A program made the position numbers and the translations under genes. From Chrysomallon squamiferum (Eukaryota; Animalia; Mollusca), in the NCBI GenBank assembly GCA_012295275.1, contig CM022669.1, positions 16,554,001 to 16,618,000 on the forward strand: 64,000 bases of DNA, read 5' to 3'. This document shows, piece by piece, positions 12,711-28,016 of the stretch. Below the pieces are notes generated by a model that had not been told where the DNA came from, ran no database searches, and worked only from the letters and a program-made list of their open reading frames with translations. Position 1 is the first letter of the stretch. Each line of letters starts with the position of its first letter.

Positions 12711-12773
<63 letters not shown>
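12711..12773. repeat. (CT)n microsatellite
   Basis: Directly visible. Confidence 0.95.
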
Positions 12774-12781
<8 letters not shown>

Positions 12782-12814
12782 TAATAATTTTTGTGATTGT
12801 TGTTGCTGCTGTTC

Positions 12815-12867
<53 letters not shown>

Positions 12868-13036
12868 AAAAAATGTTCTTCAATTATTCCTTTCAGAATT
12901 TTAAAGAGTCACATACTTGAAATGTATGGCTGAAATTTCGTTGTTTTCACCATATTCTTTTCACGTCTCTGACTTGAATTTTGGTGTCATGGGAAAAAAA
13001 ACCAGTTATTTATTGAATGTACCAAGATACCTCGAG

Positions 13037-13075
<39 letters not shown>

Positions 13076-13525
13076 ACTTTTGCAATTTTATCCAGAACGG
13101 AAACAAGCAAACCGGTGTCTGCCAAGTTTGTTCCACGTAATATCTTGGGAATCTATATTTATTGAAATCATTAATCACTGTAGCAGGAAGATTGGCAGTG
13201 GATGCTTAGTTTAAAAGCGTGATAGATTACTCTGCCAGTTTTTGCCTTGACCACACATTTATTTATTTTTTATTTTTTTTATTTTTATTTTTATTACTTT
13301 TTATTATCGTGTTCATGTATGAATGCACGTATGTATGTATATGAATGTACGTACGTATATAAATATGTATGTAAGTGTGTGTATCTGTGTATGTACGTGT
13401 GTATGTATACATATATATATGTATCTATCTATCTATCTATATATTAATATTTTAGTGATAATGATAATTTAATATTATAATTAAATTCATCTTCAACAAT
13501 AACACTATAGATAATAAGGTAATTA

Positions 13526-13556
<31 letters not shown>

Positions 13557-14247
13557 AAGAAGAAGAAACAAAGAAAAACAACAACAAAAAAGAACAACAA
13601 TTAAAAAAAACTAAACCCAAGCAACAAACAAATACAAATTTTCAACAAGAATAGCTTTTTATTGACTGTTAATTACATACTTAGTCTGAATACAGTGTAC
13701 ATAATGTTACTGAATTATTCTGTACGAAATCTTGTAGCAAAATAGCAAGAATTAGCCGAAAATTACTTAAAATAACTTACTGCAGAAAACAACGTTTTCT
13801 TCTAAAAAACATTTGTGTTTTTTTCTCGAAATACCTACATATAAGTTTAATATTTATTCTAAATGAAATAAACAACTTTTATAATAATTATACAGTATAG
13901 AGAAATCTGATGTATAAAGTATAATTTAGCATATGTTTGATTTGAGAAAAAGCGATTAATATTATAATGTCTGGGTCTACAGACTGTATAATTATTACGA
14001 CACATCAAACTAAATATTACATTATGAACTAAAACGACAATGCTGAAAAAAATGTAATGCCATAGAATACAAACACAGAAATAAATTTAATTATAGTTGA
14101 TTAACCAAAAACATAAGCAAAATATTGTTAATGGAAAATAATTAATTTTAAGAATAAACGATTGTGAGAAATTATCATCAGATTTATATATCAATAAGAA
14201 AAATAGACAGCAACACATGACTAAAGATAAAACTAGTTCAAAAGTCA

Positions 14248-14780
14248 GTATAAGATGGGACATCTTTAGCTACTATACTGTATAAGGTAGATATCCGAAG
14301 CCAGTATCAGCATATTACATAACGTGGATGTAGGAAACCACTATCAACACAGTATATAAAGTGAATCTCGGCGGTCATTATCAGCATTATTTATAAGGTG
14401 GGTATCCGAAGCTATTATCACGCTAATTTATCAGATAGGTTGAAGTAAGCCAGTGTCCAGTTTCGGTGGGATAACACAGACGTAACGTATTTGGTGAAAA
14501 AGCTCAAGCCTATTTCATCATCATGAAAAATGTGGATAGACAATCATGACACTACCAGTAGGATTCTAACTTTTTTTTTTTTTTTTTTTTTTAAAATGCA
14601 GTTAGTAAGGTCGATAAAAATATGTGTTATGTAAGCCAATATCGACATAATGACGTGATAAACCATTTTCATCAAGATATCAATAGGTGGGGACACAAGC
14701 CCATATCGGCGTAATGTTCTCGGTGGGATAAAAATTAAGCCATTATCAACATTTCAAGTGATGTTGACTATATCAACAGA
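14248..14780. repeat. Degenerate tandem repeat, unit about 38 bp (approx. TATAAGGTGGGTATCCGAAGCCATTATCAGCATTATT)
   Basis: Recurrent aaggtgg / aagcc(a)ttatca motifs at roughly regular spacing, for example 14281-14320 and 14392-14430. Confidence 0.6.
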
Positions 14781-15731
14781 TGAGAGAGAAGTTTCAACAT
14801 CATCATTAAAGATATAGTTACGCGTAAAATGAGTTTATAGATTAATCACAGAAGGAAGTAGCAGTTTAATTTTATTTAAGAATTTAATTCAGAATACAGT
14901 CATATTCTGTTCAGTGTATAGTTCACATGGGAGGTCTGTTTTATAAGAATATTATGGCAATTAAGAGAGTTAGCTAAATATCAGCTTTATACATGAGCAC
15001 AAATGAAAAGCCGCTAAAGTTAATACATAATTTTGAACACAATAACATAAAACAAAGTATAACGTACATTACAACAATTTCATAAATTCAGAAATGAATT
15101 GGTATATTTTTATATGAATCAAACAATAAAATTAGATCAATACATCATCATAAAATAATTTGGATACAGTTCAAAGTCATAATAATGTTTCCAGTACAAT
15201 AAAAATAGATTTTATCATAAAAAAAATGCATGAAATTAGTTTATATTCTATATTATTGTAATTAATTAAAACGTAATGCATTATAAAGTATCTGAATGAG
15301 CAGAAATTAGAATATTTTTGTAAACAGCTTAATCATATCAAAGCTTCTAGTTTGCTGACAGAATATTCAAAAAAAAAAAAAAAAAAACTTTCAAATACAT
15401 CTTAAAATTCAGCCAATCAGCTTGAAGTTACCTCCCAAATCAGTTTGAATTTCAGTTTCTATTATTATGCCAGCCAATCAGCTTGAAGCTGACTATATTA
15501 ATGCTAAGCCCATGCAGTCAGATTTACCCTAGTGAACGTTTTCCATTTTATATCTGTTTCAAGTAATCCAACCAATGAACTATTAAAAAAAGGTAGCAAT
15601 TTAAACCATTCAGCGCTTAAATTAATATTGAATGGATTGATAAAACTTATATCACAAAGTAATAACAACAAACAAAAATGGAATCAATTTTTGATATCAA
15701 ACGTATGAAATTTTTGTTACATTGCACGTTA

Positions 15732-15851
<120 letters not shown>

Positions 15852-17535
15852 CATTTACGTAGCCGTTTATATCTCCGCATATTAACTGCACTAATGTAAA
15901 AATTGATCATGTCATTTAATTAGTTCAAGACCGTTAAACCATCTGATCCCGGCAGGTGATACTAATGTAAATCATCCCATGCTATTACTGTAGCTGAGAT
16001 AGGAAACAAAATAGGTATATTATTAGTTATATATTACACATAGAAAGATATCCTATTTCACATTACTGTTATTTTTCACCAGTTCCAAAATTAATAAGCT
16101 TCAAATCAATCAACTTATATGACAGAAAAAATAATTAGATTTTTCTTATTATTATTAATATAAACATTTCTACAAGAAACAGAACGTACAGAAATATATA
16201 ACACACTGATTAATTATGTACAGAACAAAACAAACCAATTTATATTAATTATTTACATGTTATTTTATTTTGTGTAATTTTGTGTTTAAAATATTTTGTT
16301 TTTGTTTTTTTTTTATTATTATTATTATTTATTATTATTATTATTATTATTACCTTTTCAAACAACGGCTTATAGTTTACTTCAATCGAAAAAAACTATC
16401 TCCCTATATTAAAAAATAAATAAATCAGTCCATCAACTGTAACCCTCTCATAAATTTTTGAAATAGTAAACGGACAGAAACAGTAATGTCCGGTTTGGTT
16501 GTGGCTTTTATTGTTGACGTTGATGTTTGTGTTGTTGTTGTTGTTGTTGTTGATTGTAGATCTTGATGTTGTTGTCGTTGTTGTTGTTGTTGATATGGTT
16601 GACGTTCATCTTTTCGTTCTTGATATTGCTTACGTTCGTGTTCTTGTTGACATGGTTGACGTTCATTTTGTTGCTATTGGTATTGTTGATGTTGTTGTTG
16701 TTGCTGCTGTTGCTGTGATGTGATGGTAAACATGAATACTATGCTAGACGTTAAAAATACTGTGAAGATATAGAAGCACATTCAGGCGGTGCTTGGTGTG
16801 ATAATTAGCACAAATCACGTCTGACGGGTTACGGAAGCCCTTGTGGTGCAAGGAGATCTGAAATGATTCTTTTGTTTTAAATATTTTTATTTGCTTACAT
16901 GAGTGTGTGTGTGTGTGAGTGAGTATGTGTGTGTGTGTGTCACGTCAGATTTGTGTCCATGTGTGTGTAAGTATATTTGAATGCTACCAAAAGTACGTGC
17001 GAAAGTGTGCGTTGCATTATTACTTTTAAAATAAATCTTTCTCTGTGATAACGCTAATGAAACGATTAACTCGGGATTATAATTAGAATATTTGAGTAAA
17101 GATGTGGTACACACAGACATATGACGTGACACAAACGTCATTATGACGTTTACAAACACATTCAAATATACATAACGTACGTTACAAACAAACTAAAAAA
17201 AAAACGCCAAAAATATAACAGGAATAATGACGCGTTTTTAAACAATCACTTTACAATATTATACAATACACGTTTATGTACAAGTTTTTTAATTATCAGT
17301 TGTGACCATCTTGGGCAAAGAGAAGAAAACATTGACATTTCAATCACAAAATCAGTTTTAACATAAAATAAAATACTCAGTATTCTGCTTATTCAGTCAA
17401 AAAAACACATTCTCGGCATAAAAACATCAAGGCGGCCAAAATTTTCTGATGGCACCTTATATCACAACCACCTGCCTCTAACAGGCAAATTGCCCATATT
17501 TTTTGAAAAATCTAAATTCATCTGTTCACAATGAC

Positions 17536-17573
<38 letters not shown>

Positions 17574-17653
17574 CTTTTTGAAAATTAAATTCAGATGAAT
17601 TTGGAACATCACGTTAATGTTTCTGAGCTAACTTCAGCCAAATTAGGTAAATG

Positions 17654-17686
<33 letters not shown>

Positions 17687-18763
17687 ATCATGATTTGTTA
17701 CGTCAATATTTAGCTGAGCAAGTAAATCGTTACTTAGATTATAAAGAATAATTATTTGGAAACAATACGGTAATCGTGAAAATTCAGTAGTCCGGCAAAC
17801 GTGGTAACTGTAATATTCAAAAATAAACAGTAATTTACAAACAGTGTCTCGTTCAACAAACATCACATTCCTATTTACAGATTTAAAAAAAGAAAAAAAA
17901 ATTTTATAAGAAAGCCTGGCAAAAAAAAAAAAAAAAAAAAAAATTATTAAAATAATTATTCAGATTACTAATTATATTGCTGTTAAATTGAATAAAATTA
18001 TTTGGTTTTTTTTAAAAATTGTGCTAAATCTTGTTTCCTTTTATGTTGCATTTTCATTTGTTAGAGGGATATTTCTTTCTCCCTCATGAATACGGATTTG
18101 AATGAAAATAAAAATAAATAAATTTAAGACTGAAAGAAAACGGTAGCTGAATTTAAGAAAAATATTTATTTGTTTTATTATATAAGAATTAGTAATCAAT
18201 ACAAAAATAATTATATTATTTCCACAGAAATATTAATGATTGTCCGCGTTAATGTTCAAGTCAAACTTTTGGCGTTACTGTTTCAGTTTTACTTTAATTA
18301 TAAAATATTAATTATTATTAATTATTTATTTTATAAACATTAAATGTTAGATTAACTATATAGTTTCGCATTTTTCTTTTTCATTGTTCTTTATTTTTTA
18401 TTTATTACTTTATATATATATATATTTTTTTTTTTTTATTTTTTTTTTTCCACGATGTTATAAATATACTACTATCCAGGAAAAAAAAATATTAACAGAA
18501 ATATAATTTATGGGGGGGGGAAGAAAGAAGAAGAAAATATTCATAAATTTACATTTGCACCCGTCACACCGTTACTGTCAACCATTATTATTTTTTTTTT
18601 TCTGATCTCAAAAACAGAAAAAAGAAAAATCTTAAACGAAACCGAAAGTACAAATATTCTGTCCAGTTAAAAATTCTGAGTGTTAAACAGTCCTTCACAA
18701 AACAGAGCAAACGTTTTTTTTTTTTGTTTGTTTTGTTTTTAACAAATGACGTCACGGGACGAT

Positions 18764-19071
18764 TTACTCCTTTAACTTGTGCCACTCCGCGATCTGCTTA
18801 CGTGGGGAGTTCATGACCTCGTTCCAGTGGCTGAGTTCCTGTCCCGTGCACTTGCAGCCCACCTCCAGACGTCCGACAACTTCGTTTTTCGTCATGCGGT
18901 CCCAGTCGAGGACGAGGAACTCGAGACTGATATTCTGCAAGCCCTCGTTGTACGGCACGTCGAAGAGAAACGACTCGTTGAACACCGGGTTCAGGGTTCG
19001 TTTCTTTACGTGAGTCTTTTTCTTGGCAATCCTCTGTCCATTGTACAGCAGGTAGATCTTCACGTAAGGAT
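18764..19071 (-). CDS. Syt4: Synaptotagmin-4/11 family, last exon (C2B domain and C-terminal WHxL motif)
   Basis: [40 protein letters not shown]...[17 protein letters not shown]...[26 protein letters not shown] acceptor at 19072-19073, phase 1. Confidence 0.95.
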
Positions 19072-19562
19072 CTATAAAACAAATAAGTAAGCTAATAAAT
19101 ATATAAAAGAATACATACATAGATATATATACATACATTCATACATACATACATAAATAATACATACATACATACATACATACATACATACACACATACA
19201 TATATATATATGCATAAATAAATAACATTTTTGGACAAAGAAGTGTTTACCATTACGATTTGGTCGTAATTCACTGATGGTTAGTTATTATGCCAGTTCA
19301 GTGGGTCCATGGAATATTTAAGACGTTACTGTCGCCATAACGTATTAGCGTATTTCTTCATGAGTGAAATATTCTAGGAAAAATTTCCATAACTTAATGT
19401 ATGTGCTCCACCGTAAACCACTGGAAACTAAATTTGATGTTTTTCTGTGTCGATATATCATCGATGTTCCAAGCATACGTTAAAAATGGTATTATAATGA
19501 TTCGAAATCCTAACAAGTGAAGACTTTCTGATTGACGACGACAGCCTCAACGTCAACGTTAC

Positions 19563-19686
19563 CTGAAAGTCCAGTGATGTCCATCTTTGGGAGATTGCGT
19601 GCTTTGAGAACAACGACTCCGAGGCGGTTGGCAGCAGGCTGGTAACACAGCGACACCAACAGATCTCCGCGACCCTGGCTTCTGAA
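19563..19686 (-). CDS. Syt4: Synaptotagmin-4/11 family, exon 3 (start of C2B)
   Basis: [46 protein letters not shown] acceptor 19687-19688, GTAACG donor 19561-19562, 124 nt (phase 0 to 1). Confidence 0.95.
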
Positions 19687-19691
19687 CTGTA

Positions 19692-19755
<64 letters not shown>

Positions 19756-20487
19756 CAAAAACAGTAATAATAATAACCGCAGCAACGGTAAGAGTAACAA
19801 CAATGATAGCATGAATATGATAAAAAAGATATTGTTTTTGTTTTTCTTTCTTTCATTTTGCTTATTTGCTTGTTTCTGTGCGATTCTTTTTTCTTTTTTT
19901 TTGTTACATATTTTCGTTTAATATTTATTCATTCATTCATTTGAAAGCTCTTTTTAAAGAGTTTTGTTTTTACTGAACTTTATGCTTTTTATTTTTAAAC
20001 ATTTTATTTTTAAAACTTTTATTTTTATTTTACTTTACTCTAATTTTGAAATTCATGTTATTTCTTTTTATATATGTGTGTGTTTGTGTTTTAATGTATT
20101 TTATTTTTTACGTTTTATTGAATTTTAGTGTTACGTTGCCTCTGCATCTTTCTCAATGGTTCTATTTTGTTGAGAGTTGCAGACGTCAATAACGTTTTAT
20201 TTTAAACGCCTACGAACATACAAAACGCTTTGACGTCTTTGTATGTCTATTCCAGTATTCCTTTTTTGTTATATATATATAGATATAACTCATTTGTGCA
20301 ATGATTAAATCTAGTACAAATAGCTTTCCAGGGACAGGTAAAAATATATAGGTAACGTAGATATATTGATCAAAACGGAGATATTAAATTATCTTTTAAT
20401 AAACATAGATGTGTAATTTAAAATAACAATAATAGTAATAAATTTACAATAATGGATTTATATTCGTCAATATTATTTTCAAAATGA

Positions 20488-20535
<48 letters not shown>

Positions 20536-22105
20536 TTATTTATTTATTTATTTTTTTGAGGGGATTGTGTGTGTGTGTATGTCAGAATGAATGTCAAGCT
20601 GTTTCTCTGGCCATTGTCGATCATCCATAATGATATATAATCCATCTGTTTATCTTTGTGTCCGTCTGTCAATTTACACAACCATCCATCCATCCATTCG
20701 TCTTGATTACTTGTGTCTCTGTGTATATTCATATATTATTCACTTTTTTTATATTAAAATAATAATAATAAAAAAAATCATCAACACCGGAACGCTAAAT
20801 AAATAAATATGCGTAAGTAAGTAACTAAGCAAACATAAATAAATAAATAAAACAAAAGACCTTTATCGATTATCTGTATTAAAAAATATTACACGAGCTT
20901 GATCTTACTGTCTTGACATTTTACAGCTACCTTCATTAACACAGAAACAAAAAGTAATCCTTAAATATCATCGTATTACGTTCAGAGTCGGAAAAAAAAA
21001 CCCCACAAAAAAACAAAAACAAAAACACAACGCGCTACAAAACGTGACAAACAGAAAGGTCATCGTATCAGTCGAAGTTGTCACGCACGTTAAGTCACTA
21101 CAACAGCGACAGCGCGGCTCTTTGTAATAATATGAAGAAAAAAGCTGTCGCAATTCTGTCGTTATTCATAATTGGACGTAATCACTGACATTATCAAGAT
21201 TGTTTTGGGGGGGGGGGAGTTTGTTAATTCTCATGCTTCGGGTTTTTGTTGTTCTCTGTTTTATTTCATACATAATTTGGCTCATTTTTGTTTCTTTTTT
21301 GTTTCTTTTTGTGAATGCTCTTTTTTCCTTTATGTCTGATATAATAATATTAGTCGATGCTAATTTTAAGAATATTTGTTTTTTTCCTTCATTTGCGAAA
21401 ATAGTATGAAAGAGGAAACCTCTTTTTATTACGAATCGGGTTCCTATTTTTGTCTGTTAGTTGATAACGATGATCACAAATCAATGCAGCTATTATTATT
21501 ATCATCATCATCAACATTATTATTATTAAACTTTGTTATTGTTACTAATACTTCTGCTACTACTATTACTACTGCAACCATTACTTCTACAGCTGCTACT
21601 GCTGCTGCTGCTATTGATATTATATCTCGAATACCAAACATTCTTTTGTATCTTCTTACAAACCCGATTTTTCAGAACTTCAAAACATAACCTTACATCA
21701 TATACTGTCATGCTCACAACACTGATATGTGTTCCAGAAAGATAAATTACAGCAGTTGACTCATCCACGCAGCTCAAAAAACAAACATCAGTGATGGATC
21801 TCGGCTAGGAAACCTCTTGGTGCTGTCTCTTTACGTTGATAAGATGACAGAATCCACTATTTATCTCTTAATGGAATTCAGTGCGGCCAGGGGCTCTCTG
21901 GTCTGTAGGTCAGAACCAAAAGATCGAAGAGAAATCATTTCATGAAGAGATTTTGAATTTGGCCGTCGGTCTCGATTGTGAACTTTGCGAGTAAATGTTA
22001 TGTTCCTTTGAGAGAACGTCGCTAAATTAATTATACTGTTTACTTCAGTGTGTCAGTATTCCTACAGCGTCCATCCATCTGTCTGTTTGTTTGTTTGTCT
22101 GTCTG

Positions 22106-22190
22106 TCTGAGTTAGATAAAGGGGAGATGTAAATTTTATAACCGTTGATGATGAAGATGTAATTTTATAACCGATGATGATGAAGATGAT
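22106..22190. repeat. Tandem duplication of about 29 bp (AGATGTAAATTTTATAACCGTTGATGATGA)
   Basis: Two near-identical adjacent copies. Confidence 0.7.
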
Positions 22191-23757
22191 CATCATCGTA
22201 ATGTCTTTTAGATGATTTTTTGTAAATTGTTTTTCTTTTTGATGGGAGGGACTAATTTAATTTTAATTTTGATCATATTATAGTAGATGTACGTAAATAT
22301 AATATAATATAATATAAATAGAATCAAACGAAAAGGAATAAAACGAAATAATTATCTAATAGCTAGCAAACATCGACCACAACTGCCTTACATTTCTAAC
22401 AGGTTACAAAGAGAATACTAACATGACTAATCTACAGATAATTAGATTCTGAAGAGGAATACGAAATCCAGAACGAACGTTAAGACAGCGTTATGACATA
22501 AATACGTCATATGACACTGGACAAATTTCCCTGGAGAATTCCTGGACTGAATATGTGTGCACTGAACGGATACGCAGCCCATTTAATCGGATTAGTTTTA
22601 ATAAACTTGTAAGCTAATACGTATCAGTGATATTTGTGAAGAATGACACACATCTGCAATAACGAACCCAGCTGCTCTGCGATTAAGAATCGGGTTTCAA
22701 ACTGGCAGGTCCTGTGGTCGTATCTCCATAGCGGACCGGTTCAAAAATGACGTGAGATCATTGAACCCCCCCCCCGCCGTTCTAACAGTGTAAATACCAA
22801 GACTCTTTCATTTTTCTCTTTCCTGTTCATATATATATACACACAAACACCATCATTTATTGTCATATCTAACAGTACATTTCATTGGCATATACACGAA
22901 CGCACACAAAACATATATAATTATACACTACAGAAATTTTTCAGTCACATCATTGTCTAGACAATCAGATATTTTTTAATCTAATAAAAAAATTAACTCA
23001 TCTTGTAAATTACGTGCCTACAGGATATTTCAGTTTCAATTAATGTCTGTAATAAATACTATGTAACGTTATTCCGAGTTTCCAGCAGACAAGTACACCA
23101 TAAATAAAACACTAGTCATTCCGTCTTCAAATTACTTTCAACATGCGAAAAAATAACTGCACTGGCCTGCACTTGATAAGCATCTCCGCGATCGCTTTAA
23201 TTATATGCATGGTTGGTTTAATTTGATATCGATGAAACACGCTGTAGGCTAGGTATTCCGCCATTAAATATTCTAAACCAGTTCTTTTCCTGGCTTACGC
23301 TTTACAGTGACAATAAGTTGGGCGAAAATTACCTCCACAGAGCGAGTCTTGGAACATTCGATTATCTTAAAAGCAGAAGGGTTTACGAAGCTTCCAGAAG
23401 GATTTATGTATGAATATTAAAGATGTAGTGTGCTATTCGCAGCGAAACAAAAGGATAATTTTAATTAAAGTAAAACAGCTTTGATGTGATGTTTACAAGT
23501 CTGTTTCATTCTGTGCTAGTACGATCGTTCAACAATTCTGCACCCCTACTGGAAAACGTTATTTTTTGAAATGTACCTTTGAACAAATACGCGTTACTTT
23601 AAATATATTTTCTACATTTCCAAATTATTTGTTTCTTCCTAAAATGTGGTGGAACAAACAAATAAACCACGTATTTTTACATACGTATAATATTACACGC
23701 TTTCTAATTTTTATTTGTTTGTAAGCTCTATGTTAAATTAATGCAAAATCATCATCA

Positions 23758-23815
<58 letters not shown>

Positions 23816-24418
23816 ATTTCTATGCTTGCTGTAACGAAACAACGTAACAATAAAAGTCAAAATGTCATCCTTCATTCTGTGCTCGGATGTTTACTAAATA
23901 CATTTAGATGACCAGTAGGTTTTATCGAACTGTATCTATCATCATGCTAGTCCTGGTGACAGTATTATATTTGGAATACATAAACCAGTCTATCTACTCG
24001 AAGACCCACTCTCCAGCGACAAGGATTTTGAACTCAGACTCACAAATATTACTGGAATATTAATTAATCCATTCGGCAGTAAAAATATATCCTAAATAAC
24101 TCTATTCTGGAAAACATTAGTTTACAGACAGAAACATCACGGCTAAATGGTTTTGTTTTATGGCTTTTCTGTCATACGTCGAGGACGTCACGGCACTGTT
24201 ACTGTTACTGCGGCCACTGTCGGAGATTGGCGTTCTTGTCATACATAATGCATGACAGCGCACTCGCTACATCGCCATTAACAAACACCGATTTGATTGC
24301 GCAAAAATGTCATGCCGTCACAGTCCGTCGTCATAGAAACCGATTATTGAAGAAAGTTACCGCCTAATGTTGTTTGAGCTGGAGATCGATTTGTTTGTTC
24401 TTATCATTCTCTCACTTT

Positions 24419-24451
<33 letters not shown>

Positions 24452-25629
24452 TTTAAAAAGAAAGAAAATAGTTAACTGTTCTATGTGGATTTAATTAAAT
24501 TAATTTACTTGTAGTCAAAATATGCTGATCTGAACTAATTAATCTATTAACTTTCAGGCCAATGTGATAATAATCTTATTATTACCATGTATACATACAT
24601 ACACACATGCATATATACATATAATAATGCATACATACATACATACATACATACATACATAAATACATACAAATATATACATGTACAAATGCACGTACAT
24701 ATATATACGTAAATATATACGTATTAATACGTAATTTGCTGATTACTATATTATGCTGGTAAACATAAATAATTATTAATATTAGCCTTGTCATCATCAA
24801 TATTTCGTCTATTTTTCATATCCATTAATTAAAACGTCGACCAGATAATCTTATTACGTCATCGTTACTATGACTCCCAGTGTGAAAATGACAAATGATG
24901 ACATTACGTTATTATCTCATTAACGTTATCTGATTATAAAATAATAATAATAATAAATTAAAAAAAATTATTTTATTAGATAAGTAATTTTGTCTGTTGC
25001 CTGGGCCAATATATCAGACTGAAAGATTCAAGCTAAATAATGTTAAAAAAAAAAAAAAAATGAGAATATGTATGGAGACGAAGAAAAAAAAAAAATATAT
25101 GAATAAAATATAAACAGGATAAAACTGTAAGTATTATATACATATATAGAAGAAGAAAGAAATACCGTGGATTAATAAATAAATGCAGTGAATTGATAAA
25201 TTAAGAATAATTAAGTAAATAGAACATATTTTGAAAAATATGTTAATATTATATTCACATAATTATGTTCTGTTGAAGAACAATAACCCATGTGCATCGG
25301 AATCTGTTTTATTTATGAAAAAAAAAAAATTAATAATAATAATAACAAGTCACCGACCACAAAATAGAAACAAGCAAGAAAACGCGTTAGGTTCCTAATA
25401 CTGTATTTCCTGTCTCAGTAAAGAATGCAAATGCAATCGACAAATGCAACAACACATCATCTTGGATTGATTGTGCCGCTGTGACGTGGTTAACTTAAAG
25501 AACTTTGAAGTCATACGTCATACGTCGAAATGCAATACACAGAGGTCCTGTTATGTACAGGCCAGCATTAATGATAATTTGTCTGCAGGCAGTACCAGAA
25601 GACAGACACAAAAACTGTTCAAAGGAAGG

Positions 25630-25729
<100 letters not shown>

Positions 25730-25790
25730 GTTTGAAAGCAGAAAGTGGGCAGAGAGTTATCTAAAAAGATTAGGGAAAGCAGAGATAATG

Positions 25791-25940
25791 TTCTAAAGAT
25801 ATTCAGAGGAAACGTATAGAATTTTCTAAAGATATTCAGAGAAAACGTATAGAATTTTCTAAAGATATTCAGAGGAAACGTATAGAATTTCCTAAAGCTT
25901 TCTGACAGAAAACGTAGATAATTTTATAAAGACACTGATA
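25791..25940. repeat. 33-bp minisatellite TTCTAAAGATATTCAGAGGAAACGTATAGAATT, 3 near-perfect copies plus degenerate copies
   Basis: Copies start at 25791, 25824 and 25857. Decayed copies continue towards about 26180. Confidence 0.9.
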
Positions 25941-27867
25941 AAAAAAAAAAAAAAAAAAAATACCAATAAAGGATTTTCTAATTACACTAAGTGATAACAT
26001 AAAGAATAAAATATAGCCTTTTTTTTTTTTCATGGCAATGAAAGAAACATTCGAGAACTGTCTACAGACAACGAGAGAAACGACAAAGAAATGTCTACGA
26101 GAAAAATTAATACAGACAACTGTTTAAAGGCAATGGTAGAAACTTGCTTTGGGGGTAGTCAATGAAAACGCAGACTTTTCTGAAGGCAAATACAGTAGAC
26201 GTGTTGATCTGACTGCAACAAGAAACGTAATTTGCCAAAGTTATTCCGAGGCTTTTCTACTGTCATCTTGACAAATTGCTATAATGTATGATTGAAGAGA
26301 GAAGAGGGAGAGAGAGACAGGGGAGGGGTAGAAGAAGAAGCTAGATGTTTCTTGATACTATCGACAACACGGACAGCAATTCGTGACTTTAGACTATAAA
26401 TTGTAATACAAGCTGGGTTGCTCTTTGTTATTTATTCATGTGAGACATGATACTGACGTTTGTTTTATTATCTCCTTGTATTAAAGCACAGTATGGGAAT
26501 GAATCCGTGTATTAATTATTTATAAATCTCTTCCAAAACACATGTTGTTATTATCGTTGAACTGTCATTGTAGTATCGTATTTTTTCTCTCTTGTTTACG
26601 TTAACATTCACGCAAATAGCATTTCAATCAATAAGAATGGAGGTTTTAGATTTCTGCTGTCATTCACCTGCATGTATGTCTGTATGCACGTTAGAGTGTA
26701 CGCATATAAATGTTTGTATGTGTTTATGTATCTATGTATATCTATCTATATGCTTATTTTCCAGTGTATTCATTGATTTATATAATGCACACATTCCCAA
26801 AAGAATAATCTTATAAATAATATACTTATTGTCTTATTCCCTGATTCATTTTCCAGGTAAACGAAAAGTATTTTCATATCCGTGACCTGACAGCAAACCC
26901 ATCCCATGTTACATTTGGGTAGGACTGAACCTAATATCCCAAAGCTTTCATGCATAACCTTGTTTACGACAGTTGACATTTGATAGATGATTACTCGGCA
27001 AATCTTCCTGTATGAAAATCTCTTCATATATTATTTTGTAACTAACTCTATACATCAGGCTTACCCAGTTAATTGAGATACAAAAGATAACTGCTTTGGC
27101 TCATAACGGATCCCTTTTATTGCAATGCGTGGTAGACTTAATTTGCAGTCCTCAAGTCAATCGAATGTCATCGTCAAACTGTTCAAAGCAAAATTGTTTT
27201 TTTGTTTTCTTTGCCCACGATATACACAGCTTAACAGCGCTCTGAAAATAGCTACTGACTTTAGGCAAAATAAACCTGTGATAACTAAAACTATAAGCTA
27301 AGGTATTTTTATGACGTTTTTTTGTAAAAGACAGCTTTAAATTATAGATAGGCTTTCAGAAGAAAAAAAAAACCAGGATCGTATATAACTTTCAAATTAT
27401 TAGGAAAATGAAGGCAATAGGTGCGCCGGGTCTAAGTCCATATACGTTAATGATTAAAAATAAAACTGTTTATGAAGCTGAAATGTGTCTATTTTTGTTA
27501 GATACACACATATTCATGTAAGTACGTAGATAGGGGCGTACAAGAGTGTGTGTTTCTGAAATGTGTACCGGCCGAAGATAAAATTAAGAAATATTATCAA
27601 CAAATCGTTTTAATAACAGTAATAATTATTAATAATAAGAAGAATTAGTAACCCAGATCATTAAAATATTTGTTTTGTCAAGTTTGTATATTTGCATAAA
27701 ACATTGTATTTTAGAAATTCGTCTTATGGCATGTGATTCGTTCTAAAGATTAAAAACTTTAAAAAGAATAAGAAGAAAAGATGAGAAAAAAATAGAAAAA
27801 AACACAACACCAGAAAACAAATAAATATATGTACTTATATTTGTAGTTTTATAAAATAAAACAACAC

Positions 27868-28016
<149 letters not shown>

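Noticed and set aside
25791-25940. 33-bp repeats of CRISPR-like length
   Set aside because: Contiguous tandem copies without spacers that decay outward: an ordinary minisatellite.
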